Source: Candidatus Spyradenecus sp.
GTDB taxonomy: Bacteria; Verrucomicrobiota; Verrucomicrobiia; Opitutales; UBA953
Reading direction: 5' to 3'
NCBI GenBank assembly: GCA_045535075.1
Contig: JAZSKX010000007.1
Span: forward strand, 64,001-128,000
DNA length: 64,000 bases
This document shows positions 37,362-47,694 of the stretch, in pieces. Every line of letters begins with the position of its first letter. The first letter of the stretch is position 1. The notes under the pieces are model-generated. The model was not told the origin of the DNA. It saw only the letters and a list, made by a program, of their open reading frames with translations, and made no database searches. The translations under genes were made by a program, and so were the position numbers.

Positions 37362-39866
37362 TTAGAATCGGGAGTTCAAACCGAGGGAAAATGCAGCCGA
37401 AGAGCCGCCGTCGGGCGTTATCTGCACGCGGACGGCTGTGTCGAGAATCCATTTCGGCGCAATTTCGAAATGCATATTGGGTGTGATTTCAAATGCTCCG
37501 CGTTCTTCGACGTTCCCGCGAATTGTCGTTCGGGAGCCTTCGTAGGCTTTGAATTCGGAGGTAATACGCGGATCTTTGCCGAGTTCCGCGACGAGGGCGA
37601 AGTCAACTCCGAGCGTTAGCGTCTGACGGGAATTAATTTTTTGGACTTCGCGTTCAATTCCGAATCCGAGGCGCGGGCGCACGCTGGTGTAGCCGAACGC
37701 ATCAATTTCCAGTGCGGAATACGAACCTTTTTCCCGAATCGTATCGACGCGGATGTAATTTAAGTCCAAACGTGCGAAAGGGGAAAGCGTCCAACCGTTG
37801 CCGAGATCATCTCGCATTGTCCATGCAAAAAAGGCTCCGGCTTCCAAGCCGCCTTCTTCTGCTCGATTCGTTCCCGTATCCGTTTCGTGGTTGATATCGA
37901 AATAGTGAACTGCGGCAGAGGCGCCGAAAATGAGATTCCAATTCGTGTTGGCGGGCATCATTCCGGCAAACATTCGGAAGCGCAGGGCGGTGTCTTCAAA
38001 CGAGCTTCCGGAAAAACCGTGCGTTGCCGCAGCTCCGTGGTGAACGGCAAGGCTTCCGCCGACGAGGCGTTCGCTGTCAATCCAGCGATAAAATCCGCTC
38101 ATCACGCCGATGGAATCGGAATTGTAAATCGGGGAGCTGACGTCATTGTCGTTGTCGACAAATTCTGTCAGCAATGTCGTAAAATACTGAGTGTTTGCGG
38201 GAATGGAGAGACCGTCCGGCGACGGCGGCGCAGAAAGCCCGGGAGCGAAAATGCGATGGAGATAATCCACTTCCAGATTGGATTGGCGTACGGGCATTCC
38301 CGCTAGCGAACAATGTGCGAGCGGTGAATAATTATTGACCGTCTCGGAAATGTGTTCCCCCATTGCAAGGTTGACGGTTTGGGCGACTTCGTTCGGTCGA
38401 TTCAGCTCCGTTTGCGATGCGATATAATCGACGAATTCGGAAATTCCTTCGTGCTCCCTGAATGCGGGACGTTCCCGCAGCTTGCGATTTTCGATGGAAG
38501 CAACGCCGTATTCATTTTGCGCGATTCCCGCGATGCCGGGCGAAACGAGCATCGTTTTTTCCGAGGTGTAAACAAGCTGAAAATCTCCTTGAATCGGATT
38601 AGCCGCACGGAGAAAAACGGCGATTTGCCCGGGCGCAAGTTTTTCGCTCCCCGAAATCATAAGCGTTCCCGCCAACGTTGTCGTTCCCGCGACATCAACG
38701 CGTCCGCAACCGTTTTCGCTTAGGTAAACATTGGTTTGTCCGCCGTAATCACAGAGGCGCAAAGTCGGTTTTCCGTCTTTGTCGTAAACGACTTCCTGCT
38801 GTGCCGAATCGAATTGAAGATCGCCGCCCACTTTAAGAACACCGCCCGCGAGGGAAAGATTCAGCGAGCCGCCGTTGGTGTTCGATGCCCCTTGCACGAA
38901 ATATTTCCCTTTGACGTGAATGTTTCCGGCAACGCTCCCGTTCCCGCCGAATGAACCTCCGTTAATATCGACGCGATTTGCTTGGGTCTCAACGGATTTT
39001 CCGGCACCGGAAGTGTCTGCGAGGAGAGCAGAGCCGGCATTAACAACGATTTTCCCGGTAAAGTTTTTCATGTTGCCGCCGAGATAAACACTCGCTTCGC
39101 CGTCAAAAACAAGCGTTCCCGCGCCGCCGATTGCGCCGTTGGCGTAGAGCGGGTTATCGCTCGAAGATTTGCGATTGAAGCGCAGGGTTGCGGCTTCGGC
39201 GAGCGTGGTGTTTCCGCTCAAGCTACCGTGAATGTTCCCGTTTCCGACGCAAAGCTCGGCATTGCCGGCGACCGCGATTTCGTTGAAGCTTGCATTGCCG
39301 TCGAGTACGACTTTTCCGGAGTAAATATTCAGCTTGTCGCCTTCGGCTCCCGCAAGGTAGAGCGTTCCCGCACCGAGCTTTTCGACGATACCCGTTTTAG
39401 CGTTATCGCTGTTGTGTCCGTAAATTTCGATTGCCGAATTTTGTGAGCCGGTAGGAATGCCGAAGCGGTCGTTGCAGGAAAAAATCAGTGTCGCTGCATT
39501 TGAGAATTGAATGCCTTTTGTCGGAATTTCGGCACGATCTGAGAGCGTGAGGGCTCCTTCGGAGACGGAGATAAAACCGTCGAATGTGCCGAGGCTTCCT
39601 TCGAAAACTAAGTTGGCGTCGCCGGTTTTTTTCAGCTCTCCGTTGCCGGAAATTGTTCCCGCATATTCTCCGTCTGTGTTTTGACGAATCGTGAGCACGG
39701 TTGTGGCTCCGTCGATTTTGAAATCCTGAGCGTAATTGGCGGAAAATTCGTTGAGGTCCGTGATGGTCGTGTTTGCGGAGATGAGCTGCTGTGCGTTGGC
39801 GGATAGCGGAAGGGCAAACAGAGCGGCGGAGCAAAAAAATGACAAAGCGAATTTCGATTTAAGCAT
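37362..39866 (-). CDS. Autotransporter with passenger-associated beta-strand repeats
   Basis: Signal peptide; ISGNGELKKTG and KLGAGTL repeats; barrel ending in LGLNSRF. Confidence 0.85.
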   Translation of the reverse strand: MLKSKFALSFFCSAALFALPLSANAQQLISANTTITDLNEFSANYAQDFKIDGATTVLTIRQNTDGEYAGTISGNGELKKTGDANLVFEGSLGTFDGFISVSEGALTLSDRAEIPTKGIQFSNAATLIFSCNDRFGIPTGSQNSAIEIYGHNSDNAKTGIVEKLGAGTLYLAGAEGDKLNIYSGKVVLDGNASFNEIAVAGNAELCVGNGNIHGSLSGNTTLAEAATLRFNRKSSSDNPLYANGAIGGAGTLVFDGEASVYLGGNMKNFTGKIVVNAGSALLADTSGAGKSVETQANRVDINGGSFGGNGSVAGNIHVKGKYFVQGASNTNGGSLNLSLAGGVLKVGGDLQFDSAQQEVVYDKDGKPTLRLCDYGGQTNVYLSENGCGRVDVAGTTTLAGTLMISGSEKLAPGQIAVFLRAANPIQGDFQLVYTSEKTMLVSPGIAGIAQNEYGVASIENRKLRERPAFREHEGISEFVDYIASQTELNRPNEVAQTVNLAMGEHISETVNNYSPLAHCSLAGMPVRQSNLEVDYLHRIFAPGLSAPPSPDGLSIPANTQYFTTLLTEFVDNDNDVSSPIYNSDSIGVMSGFYRWIDSERLVGGSLAVHHGAAATHGFSGSSFEDTALRFRMFAGMMPANTNWNLIFGASAAVHYFDINHETDTGTNRAEEGGLEAGAFFAWTMRDDLGNGWTLSPFARLDLNYIRVDTIREKGSYSALEIDAFGYTSVRPRLGFGIEREVQKINSRQTLTLGVDFALVAELGKDPRITSEFKAYEGSRTTIRGNVEERGAFEITPNMHFEIAPKWILDTAVRVQITPDGGSSAAFSLGLNSRF

Positions 39867-40044
39867 AGAATTTTAAGTCGCGAGATTATCGGAGTTTCTC
39901 CGTAATGTCGAATACGTGTTGCTTTTTTTTGAAAAAGGAAAACGCCCGCCGATGTTTGCTTTTCCCGATTTCTTCCGAGGAAAATAATTCTTTTTCGGGA
40001 ATTTTATTTGAATAAACTTCGGGAACAGGAGAAGATGAAGCATC

Positions 40045-40581
40045 GTGTTTTCCTTTAATAAAACTTTTTTTCAAACCGCGGGAATGATTGCGGGCGTCGT
40101 TGTTTTTTTGGCAAGTGCAGCGTGCAAACAGCCGCCGTCGCCGCCTTACCACGAAGAAGATGCCGGAACTTCGCTCGGCATTTGCTATGCGTCGTTTTAT
40201 TGGAAAACGGAGGACGATTTTAAGCGGATTTCCGAGTATTTTACGGACAAGGAAAATCCCGGCGCCAACGTTACCGTGCGTAGCGATGCCGAAAGTCGCG
40301 ACGGGCTTTACATGATTCTTAATCTTGAATCCGGGGTTGTCGTTCCCGCAGGAAGTGTTGCCGAGTTACGTTATTTTCATCCGAGAAAAAGCGGCATACA
40401 GCATTGCCGTTGGACGCTTCCCGAATTTAATGCGGCACCGCATCGTGAATTGCGGCTTGGTCTGACCGGAGATGATTGGGGCGAAAATCTTTCAAAGAAG
40501 CGCCCGCCGGCATGGCAACTTACGGTCTCGGCGCCGGACGGCACCTTGCTACTTCGCCGGGATTCTTATTTGTGGCGATAA
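40045..40581 (+). CDS. Hypothetical lipoprotein
   Basis: Hydrophobic leader with SAAC lipobox; FKRISEYFT.KEN.G, LGLTG.DW and terminal SYLW. Confidence 0.6.
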   Translation: MFSFNKTFFQTAGMIAGVVVFLASAACKQPPSPPYHEEDAGTSLGICYASFYWKTEDDFKRISEYFTDKENPGANVTVRSDAESRDGLYMILNLESGVVVPAGSVAELRYFHPRKSGIQHCRWTLPEFNAAPHRELRLGLTGDDWGENLSKKRPPAWQLTVSAPDGTLLLRRDSYLWR

Positions 40582-40615
40582 ATATGCGCCGGCTTCCGCC
40601 ACACCGAAAGTTTTT

Positions 40616-41791
40616 TTAGCTTTGGATGTGCGCAAGCACGGCGGAAAACTTGCTGTCTATTTCTGCGAATTCCCGATCGGGCGTACTTCCCGCGACAAGC
40701 CCGGAGCCGGCAAAAAGCCGAATTTCGCAAGCGGATATTTCGGCGCATCGGATGCCGACGGCGAAAAATCCTTCTCCGGCGGAATTGTAAAAGCCGAGCG
40801 GTCCGGCAAAATTCCCGCGCGGGAACGGTTCGGTTGTGAGAATTTTTTGACGGGCGGTTTCGGCGGGAACGCCGCACATCGCAGGTGTCGGATGAAGCTC
40901 GGAAACAAGATCTAAAATATGGATGTCCGGATTTGCCCGGGCGCGAATCGGCGTTCTCAAGTGTAGTATATTCGGCAAAACAACGATTTCCGGCGTTTCC
41001 GGAAAATCGGCGTTCAGCCCCATTCGCCGAAGTTTCTCTGCGATAAAGTCAATGACGGCTCGGTGCTCCCGCCGCTCTTTGTCATCGCCGAGTAATTGTC
41101 CGGATAGCGCGGCGATGTCGGCTCCGGGAAAATTCGGAATCGAGCCGGCAAGTGCTTCGGTTTCAACGATTCCGTTTTGAAGCCGGACGAGTGTTTCCGG
41201 CGAAGCCCCGAGAAAAGTTTTTCCGTTTCTGGAAAGAGAAAAAATCGTGCAGTTTTTCTCGAAGCGTTCATGAAGTTTTCCGAGAATCGGCGCTACGGGA
41301 ATCGGTTTTTCTGCGCGGGAACGAATCGAGCGCGCGAGCACGATTTTTTTGAGACTTCCTGCGTGGATTTCGTCGATGAGCGCTTGCGCTGCCGGGCGAT
41401 ACCACTCGCCGCCGACTTCCTGCGGAACCGGAATATGCGGAACTTTTTCCGAGCCGGCTTCCGGAGCGGATGCAATCAACGCGTCCAGCTCCCGCGCGAA
41501 ATTTTCGGGCGAGCAGGCTTCATCTTCGTCAAGATTTCTGCGTATGAAGACTTTGTTTTCACGCCGGTTAATTTCCCATTTGGGCTTGAGAGAAAAATGT
41601 TCGCCGTTGTCGAAACTTCGAGCGTGAAAAATTTTGTCCGAATCCGCGTTCCCGCAATGACCGATTCCGATTTCGGCAATGTTGCGTAATTTATTTTTAA
41701 TAATAAATTTTTCGCTACACGGAGAACATGCCAGCCGGGTAAAAAAATCCGGCGGCATCGGCGGAAACGCAAAACTGCGCGAACACGACAT
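40616..41791 (-). CDS. Isochorismate synthase (MenF-like); start codon uncertain (41791 or 41758)
   Basis: KIVLAR, FLGASPETL, EALAGS, KERREH, LHPTPA.CG.P, AVGIRCA, AGSGLV.GS. Confidence 0.85.
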   Translation of the reverse strand: MSCSRSFAFPPMPPDFFTRLACSPCSEKFIIKNKLRNIAEIGIGHCGNADSDKIFHARSFDNGEHFSLKPKWEINRRENKVFIRRNLDEDEACSPENFARELDALIASAPEAGSEKVPHIPVPQEVGGEWYRPAAQALIDEIHAGSLKKIVLARSIRSRAEKPIPVAPILGKLHERFEKNCTIFSLSRNGKTFLGASPETLVRLQNGIVETEALAGSIPNFPGADIAALSGQLLGDDKERREHRAVIDFIAEKLRRMGLNADFPETPEIVVLPNILHLRTPIRARANPDIHILDLVSELHPTPAMCGVPAETARQKILTTEPFPRGNFAGPLGFYNSAGEGFFAVGIRCAEISACEIRLFAGSGLVAGSTPDREFAEIDSKFSAVLAHIQS

Positions 41792-41853
41792 TTTTAATGA
41801 AACACGAACGGAAGCGGAAAAGCCCGGAATTGCGGCGGCGTGGAGCTGTCGAT

Positions 41854-42189
41854 TTAGCGTTTTTTCGGGAGCAACATCTTCAGCGGCATGAGCTTCAGAT
41901 TGTCCGGGAACGAAATCATGCGACCGGTTTTTTCGCTGATCATTTTGAAAATTTCCTGAACCCACGGCTTCGTGGCGCGAAGATCCGTGTAGTAGAGGTT
42001 CATTTTCCCGTCGGAGGTGTTGTAGCAGAGCTCGGAAATTTCGAGCGTGACAATTTCGGGTTCGCCCTTGAGCGCGAGCGAAATTGTTACGTTCCCGCGG
42101 GAAAAATTAAAGTCGGTAACCTGACCGACCTCGCCGAAGCGTTGATTGAGAAAATCGGTAACCTGTTGATTGATATTGAATCCGAACAT
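41854..42189 (-). CDS. Hypothetical protein
   Basis: 111-aa ORF filling the gap in a same-strand gene run. Confidence 0.65.
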   Translation of the reverse strand: MFGFNINQQVTDFLNQRFGEVGQVTDFNFSRGNVTISLALKGEPEIVTLEISELCYNTSDGKMNLYYTDLRATKPWVQEIFKMISEKTGRMISFPDNLKLMPLKMLLPKKR

Positions 42190-42196
42190 AGAGAAT

Positions 42197-44620
42197 TTAT
42201 TCCTTTTCGTGCTTGTGCTTGTGTTTTTTCAATTTAAGAGAAAATTCGTCGCGGATGTTTTTGGGCAACATCGTACGCGGTCGTGCGACTTGTGCCGGCG
42301 TTCCTTCGAGCAACTTCGGATCCATTTCCATACGGACTTCCTTTTTGGCGAGATCGAGAATGAAGCGGTCTCCCGCTGATTTTCCGGGTGTCGTTCGCCC
42401 GAACTTTTCGGATTGTATGTAAGTATTTCCGGATAGGAATCCGATTTGTTTTTTCGGGAAAATTTCAAGTTGCTTCCCGTACGCGCAAACGTCATCGCGG
42501 ATAATTTTTACGCCGTTGCGACAGAAAATCGCTTCCGGCTCAAATGCTGCCTTGCTGTTTTTTCGGCGCATTTCCGCTTCGAATTCTGCGCAGGAACAAC
42601 TCATTTCCGCTGTCGTAAAAACAACGTTTTCCCGTAGCCAGAAACGGAGCCGGCGTTCGCCGATGATTGTTTCCAATTCGTCGCCTTCGACGCAAATTTC
42701 ACGTGACGCAGACGGCTTTTTTTGGTCGTTCGCTCCGGGTAGCGGCAAATTGAGCGATCGGCTTGTTGCGGATTGCGGGAAGACGATGCGCGGGCGCGGT
42801 CCGGGAAAATCTTCGTCGCCGGGAAGCACTTTAACCTGCATCGGATTTTCTCCGTCGCTCCCGTCTGCGTCTTCCCGTATCCATTCTTTAATAACAACGT
42901 TGTTGAGTAAGAGCACTTTCCCGCCGAAAATGCGCGTTGATTCCTTTTGCAATTTTACGTCGCCGAGCGCTTCGATTTTCTGCAACGCGTTAAGCGGAGT
43001 TTTTCCGATTTTTGTTTTTTGCGGGCGGTAATGCGTGAGGAGGCGGTGGCAGGTTCCGCTCAATTGTTCCGCGGAGTCTTCCAATTCAACGTTGCCGCTG
43101 AGATCGAAGACGAGGTTTTGCTTGTCGGCAGAGTCTCGGGAAACTTCCAGGAAATCTCCGCAGAGCAGGATGTTTTTCTTGGCGCTTTTTGAGCGAAGTT
43201 CGGCGCGAATCGGTTTGCCGGATTCTTCTTTGTAAAGACGGATGATTTCGTTTTTACGGTCGATTTCACAACGGTCGCCGGCGATTTGAAAATCTTGCGC
43301 GGGAACGCTTACGCGCGGGTTCCCGGAAAGAATCGTCAATTCTCGTGTAGCATCAATGACGGCGCTTTCGCATTCGCAAATTCGTCCGTCTTGAGTTGCC
43401 TTTACATTGCCGCTTGCGCGGATTTCGCGGATTGCGGCAAGGCGATTTTTCCCTCCGGCGGTATTCAGGTTGCGCAAGGAGTCCATCTCGAGTTTGTCGC
43501 AATTCAACGTGATTGTGGCGTCGTTAAATCGGACATCGCCTTCCAGCGCTACGGTTGTTTCGTTTTCTTGCGGGAACGTGACGGAGAGTTTTTTCCCGGT
43601 AAAAATTGCGTTTTTGCCGACGGCTTTTTGGTCTTCGAGTGATTGTGTCGTGACCTGAATCTTTTCGTCGTTTTTGCCGACGAGGGTGATTTTATCCAGA
43701 AAAACCTTTTTTCCTGTTTCTCGCATGACGCCGACGGCTTTTTCTCCGGAAATTTTTAACTTGGCGTCGGGGTCGAGGAATTTCGCGTTGCCGTTCAGAT
43801 AGAAGTGATTTTCTTCCGGGACTAAATCTACGGATTCGCCGGAAATTTCACGCTTTTCGTGGAGAATTTTTACGTTCCCGCTACCGGAAATTTTCCGAAT
43901 GCGGTTCAGGGAAGTTTTCTCGTTTGATGAGTCGTGTGCCGATTCATCCATTTCATGGGCGTTTTGCGGAATGACAACCTCCAGCTTGTCGCAAGTGGTA
44001 ACGACATTGCCTTGTGTGACTTTAACCTGCATTCCGTTGCTGCCGCCGAAAGTCAGAATCGTTTCATCGTCCGCAAGTCTGATGTCGAGGCGTTGAGCCG
44101 AAATCTTAACCGTCTTTTCGGCGCGGACTTCATTCGAGGCTTTTGAATCGTAAAGTTCGACGCTGACTCCGTTCGTGACGGCAATTGTGTTAACATCGCT
44201 TTCCTTATCGCATTTCCAAAGCCAACCGATGCCTTTAACGTAAAAACGCTTTGCAACATCTTTGACTTCAACCAGTTCTTTGCCTTCCGCACGGCGTTCT
44301 TTGGGAAAGAAAACGGCGGTCGCGCTTGTTACGGAAACATCGTCGTTCCCGTCGGAAAATGTTTTTACCTCAAGTCCGCGGACATTCCATTTTCCGTTTT
44401 TAATTGCGTCAACACCGTCCGCGTTGCTGCCTTCTTCGAGTTCTGCAGCGCTTGCGGCGATAGTCCACTTCAATTCATCGCTTTTGTCGTATCCGGAAAG
44501 TGTCAGCCCGGAAACGGCATCAAGCTTGATTTCGTCGGCAGCAAAATTTTTTGCGGGAACGGCGAACAGAAACGCGGCGAGAGCGAAACTTAAAATGCGG
44601 GAACGGTCGGAGCAAAACAT
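42197..44620 (-). CDS. LptC/LptA(OstA)-like multi-beta-jellyroll periplasmic protein
   Basis: Signal peptide; repeated CDKLE...I..I.A.GNV.. OstA-like units; start set to ATG 44620. Confidence 0.65.
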   Translation of the reverse strand: MFCSDRSRILSFALAAFLFAVPAKNFAADEIKLDAVSGLTLSGYDKSDELKWTIAASAAELEEGSNADGVDAIKNGKWNVRGLEVKTFSDGNDDVSVTSATAVFFPKERRAEGKELVEVKDVAKRFYVKGIGWLWKCDKESDVNTIAVTNGVSVELYDSKASNEVRAEKTVKISAQRLDIRLADDETILTFGGSNGMQVKVTQGNVVTTCDKLEVVIPQNAHEMDESAHDSSNEKTSLNRIRKISGSGNVKILHEKREISGESVDLVPEENHFYLNGNAKFLDPDAKLKISGEKAVGVMRETGKKVFLDKITLVGKNDEKIQVTTQSLEDQKAVGKNAIFTGKKLSVTFPQENETTVALEGDVRFNDATITLNCDKLEMDSLRNLNTAGGKNRLAAIREIRASGNVKATQDGRICECESAVIDATRELTILSGNPRVSVPAQDFQIAGDRCEIDRKNEIIRLYKEESGKPIRAELRSKSAKKNILLCGDFLEVSRDSADKQNLVFDLSGNVELEDSAEQLSGTCHRLLTHYRPQKTKIGKTPLNALQKIEALGDVKLQKESTRIFGGKVLLLNNVVIKEWIREDADGSDGENPMQVKVLPGDEDFPGPRPRIVFPQSATSRSLNLPLPGANDQKKPSASREICVEGDELETIIGERRLRFWLRENVVFTTAEMSCSCAEFEAEMRRKNSKAAFEPEAIFCRNGVKIIRDDVCAYGKQLEIFPKKQIGFLSGNTYIQSEKFGRTTPGKSAGDRFILDLAKKEVRMEMDPKLLEGTPAQVARPRTMLPKNIRDEFSLKLKKHKHKHEKE

Positions 44621-44633
44621 GGGGTAAGAATTT

Positions 44634-45287
44634 TTAGAAAACGGAAGTAACGTGCCCTTGTGCAAGTTTGATTGCAAAAACGGCAACGTTTTTAGCAAGG
44701 TGTGCGACAATAGGAACCAAAATTGAGGCGTGCGGATTCCAACGGAAGAAGCGGACGGCGTAAAACCAAAGCGAGCCGACGAAAATAAACGCAGTCGTGA
44801 AAGCGCCTTTTAGTGTGAGGTTTAAATCGAACGCGCTGATGATTTTTACGAGCGTTCCCGCAGTTGATTCATCGTTCCATTCGAACGACCAAAGGTAAGG
44901 ATGAATCAGGGCAAAGAGAGCCGAAAACGCGAAAACGGAAATCCATTTTGCGGTGTTCCCGCGCGATTCGACGACGAGAAATCCGCGAAAGATAAATTCT
45001 TCCGCGATTGCCGCCGAAATCATCGCAAGCAGGAAAAACCAGGAAACGTCGCTTTGTTCTTCAGCGATGCCGAGGTGAATTTCTCCGTAGGTTTCCGCCG
45101 CAAGTAAAATGAGCGTTCCCGCGACGGCTATAAGGATCGGGCGGATCGAGCAGGGTGTTGCGCCGGGAAGTCCTTTCCCGATAGATTCCGGGTTTTCCTT
45201 GGCTTCGCGATAGTCTCGCCACCACATATTGGCGAGCCACATCGTTACGATGAAATAAAAAACAACTCCGAAAGGATCTTGGGACAT
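44634..45287 (-). CDS. CPBP/Abi family intramembrane glutamic endopeptidase
   Basis: AEEFIFRG, FALIH and AHLAKN motifs in a polytopic membrane protein. Confidence 0.85.
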   Translation of the reverse strand: MSQDPFGVVFYFIVTMWLANMWWRDYREAKENPESIGKGLPGATPCSIRPILIAVAGTLILLAAETYGEIHLGIAEEQSDVSWFFLLAMISAAIAEEFIFRGFLVVESRGNTAKWISVFAFSALFALIHPYLWSFEWNDESTAGTLVKIISAFDLNLTLKGAFTTAFIFVGSLWFYAVRFFRWNPHASILVPIVAHLAKNVAVFAIKLAQGHVTSVF

Positions 45288-45290
45288 AAT

Positions 45291-45830
45291 TTAGCGGTTT
45301 GAATCGGGCGCTGTACTTTCGCCCGCAAGTTGAACTGAGGAAAAACCGGCATCGCGCGCGATTTTCATCAGATTAAAAAGCCCTTGAATGCTGTTGCTTT
45401 TGTCCGTCTTTACGAGAAGTATTCCGCGAGTTCCCGCCTGAGACTGCGGCAAGGGCGGTAGAGCTTCCGTCAAGTCCTTGTAAATACGTCCGCCGAAAAT
45501 GAACATGCTGTTGTTGCGAACCGTCAGGAGTGCGGAAACCGGCTTCCCTTCAAGTTTTCCCGGGAAGGCGGGAAGTTCGGTCCCGGCGGAGCGAAAATGG
45601 GTTTCCGAAATTTCGCCTTCTTTGAGCGGATTAAGGTCAAAAGTCAGCCCCGGCGCGTAGATATAAGTCGAAGTCATCGAAAAGAGCAACAATGCGGCGA
45701 GCAGAACACTCGCCAACGGGACAATGCCGATGCGCGAATCGTAGCGGCGCAGGCGTTCCCGCAGGCAAAACGGGCTGCTGACGGTCGATTGTGCGCGTTT
45801 GAATGCTTTCGGCTCGGAAGGTTTGTTCAT
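45291..45830 (-). CDS. ExbD/TolR-like biopolymer transport protein
   Basis: IVPLASVLL..LLF TM segment; LLVKTDK....LM.IARDAGF..VQLA. Confidence 0.7.
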   Translation of the reverse strand: MNKPSEPKAFKRAQSTVSSPFCLRERLRRYDSRIGIVPLASVLLAALLLFSMTSTYIYAPGLTFDLNPLKEGEISETHFRSAGTELPAFPGKLEGKPVSALLTVRNNSMFIFGGRIYKDLTEALPPLPQSQAGTRGILLVKTDKSNSIQGLFNLMKIARDAGFSSVQLAGESTAPDSNR

Positions 45831-45966
45831 GTTCGGGCGTTTTATTTATAAGCGAAAAAGATAACCTCGATAGGCTTCGCTGTAAACAGAGTTTCTCTCA
45901 CGAATTGTAAGGACGCGAGCGGCGGAAGCTCCGAACGACAATAATGATTGCGATACGCTCCCGCGC

Positions 45967-47205
45967 GTGCAAAACTTCGGTATCGTGTCCGATTCCTTTG
46001 AGATAGAGAAAATAAGAGCCGAGTTTCCGATTTTGTCCTTAAATGCCGGCAAGCGTCCGCTCATTTATTTGGATAACGCCGCAACGGCGCAGAAACCGCA
46101 GTGTGTCATCGATGCCGTGAGCCGTTTTTACGCTTGCGGGAACGCCAATATTCACCGCGGACTCTATCGCCTGAGCGCCGACGCAACCGCCGCATTTGAA
46201 AATGCACGGGAACGCGTCGCCCGTTTCATCAACGCCCGCGAAGCCCGCGAATGTATTTTTACGCGTGGCGCGACCGAAGCAATTAATCTTGTCGCGAGTG
46301 CATGGGGCGCGGCAAATTTGCGGGAAGGCGATGAGATTTTGCTTACGCAGATGGAGCATCACGCGAACATTGTTCCGTGGCAATTAATTGCCGAACGCAC
46401 GGGCGCAAAGATTGTTCCGGCTCCGATTTTGCCGAACGGCGAACTTGACGTTCCCGCGTGGAAAAATCTGCTTTCCGAGCGCACGCGCATTGTCGGAATC
46501 ACACAAATGTCAAATGCGCTCGGCACCGTCAACCCGGTAAAGGAACTTGTCGCAGCCGCACACGCCGCGGGAGCGTTGGCGTTGGTGGACGGCGCGCAGT
46601 CTGCCGCGCACGGAATTGTCGATGTTCAGGAGACGGATTGCGATTTCTTTGTCTTTTCCGGGCACAAGGTTTTTGCGCCGACCGGAATCGGTGTTCTTTA
46701 CGGGAAGGCGGAAATTCTTAACGCCATGCCGCCCTATCAAAGCGGAGGCGATATGATTGAAAAAGTTGATTTCGCGGGAACGACTTTCCGAAAAATTCCC
46801 GAGCGCTTTGAGGCGGGAACGCCGAATATTTGCGGCGCTGTCGGCTTAGCGGCGGCGATTGACTATTTTTCGCCTTTGCGAGTTCCCGCGGCGGCTCATG
46901 AAGCTGCGCTACTTGCGTATGCGACGGAAAAACTGAGCGCAATTCCCGACTTGAAAATTTTCGGAAGTGCTGCCGGAAAATCTTCGGTGATTTCGTTTCA
47001 AATCGACGGAATTCATCCGAGCGATATCGGAACAATGCTCGACACTTACGGAGTCGCCGTGCGTGTCGGTCATCACTGCGCGATGCCGCTTATGAAGGCC
47101 CTCGGCATTACGGGAACGGTGCGCGCGTCTTTTGCTTTTTACAATACATTCGAAGAAGTTGATGCTTTTTCCGATGCCTTGATTCGTATTCGAAAAATGT
47201 TCTAA
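45967..47205 (+). CDS. sufS: Cysteine desulfurase, SufS family
   Basis: YLDNAATAQKP, EHHANIVPW, FSGHK (PLP Lys), FEAGTP, RVGHHCA. Confidence 0.93.
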   Translation: MQNFGIVSDSFEIEKIRAEFPILSLNAGKRPLIYLDNAATAQKPQCVIDAVSRFYACGNANIHRGLYRLSADATAAFENARERVARFINAREARECIFTRGATEAINLVASAWGAANLREGDEILLTQMEHHANIVPWQLIAERTGAKIVPAPILPNGELDVPAWKNLLSERTRIVGITQMSNALGTVNPVKELVAAAHAAGALALVDGAQSAAHGIVDVQETDCDFFVFSGHKVFAPTGIGVLYGKAEILNAMPPYQSGGDMIEKVDFAGTTFRKIPERFEAGTPNICGAVGLAAAIDYFSPLRVPAAAHEAALLAYATEKLSAIPDLKIFGSAAGKSSVISFQIDGIHPSDIGTMLDTYGVAVRVGHHCAMPLMKALGITGTVRASFAFYNTFEEVDAFSDALIRIRKMF

Positions 47206-47215
47206 ATTGCTGACC

Positions 47216-47668
47216 ATGAAAAAAACTCTGCTCTCCTTTTTATTAGGCGCGACGCTCGCATTTGCCGCTTGCGCCTCCTCCCGCGATGCGGAACCTCAGA
47301 AAAACTCTGCCGGTGACGCAGGAAATGCGCTTGCTGAAGTCGCCGCATTCACTTCCGCTGCGGAAGCGGATGTCGAAAATGCCGGGATTTCCGAAAACCG
47401 TGAAATCGGAATTATCATTCGCGTCGATCCGCTTGCGCGCACGCTTGTGGCTCAGCTCAACGCAGGCGAAAGTGTTTTGCCGGGAACGCAACTTGCCGTT
47501 CGCCGCTTGGATTTGACTCCGACCGCGCTTGTGCTCGTCGAAGCGGCGGAACGCCGCATGGTCGGAGCGCGCGTGCTTAGCGGGAACGTCTCCGAAGGGC
47601 AAATTCTCGTTGTCCCGGGAACGGCACTGAAGGCGCGTGTTTCGGCGTTACCGCCGGCTCGCCCGTAA
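47216..47668 (+). CDS. Hypothetical lipoprotein
   Basis: MKKTLLSFLLGATLAFAAC lipoprotein signal. Confidence 0.65.
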   Translation: MKKTLLSFLLGATLAFAACASSRDAEPQKNSAGDAGNALAEVAAFTSAAEADVENAGISENREIGIIIRVDPLARTLVAQLNAGESVLPGTQLAVRRLDLTPTALVLVEAAERRMVGARVLSGNVSEGQILVVPGTALKARVSALPPARP

Positions 47669-47694
47669 GTTTTAACCGGAAACGAAGAATCGCC

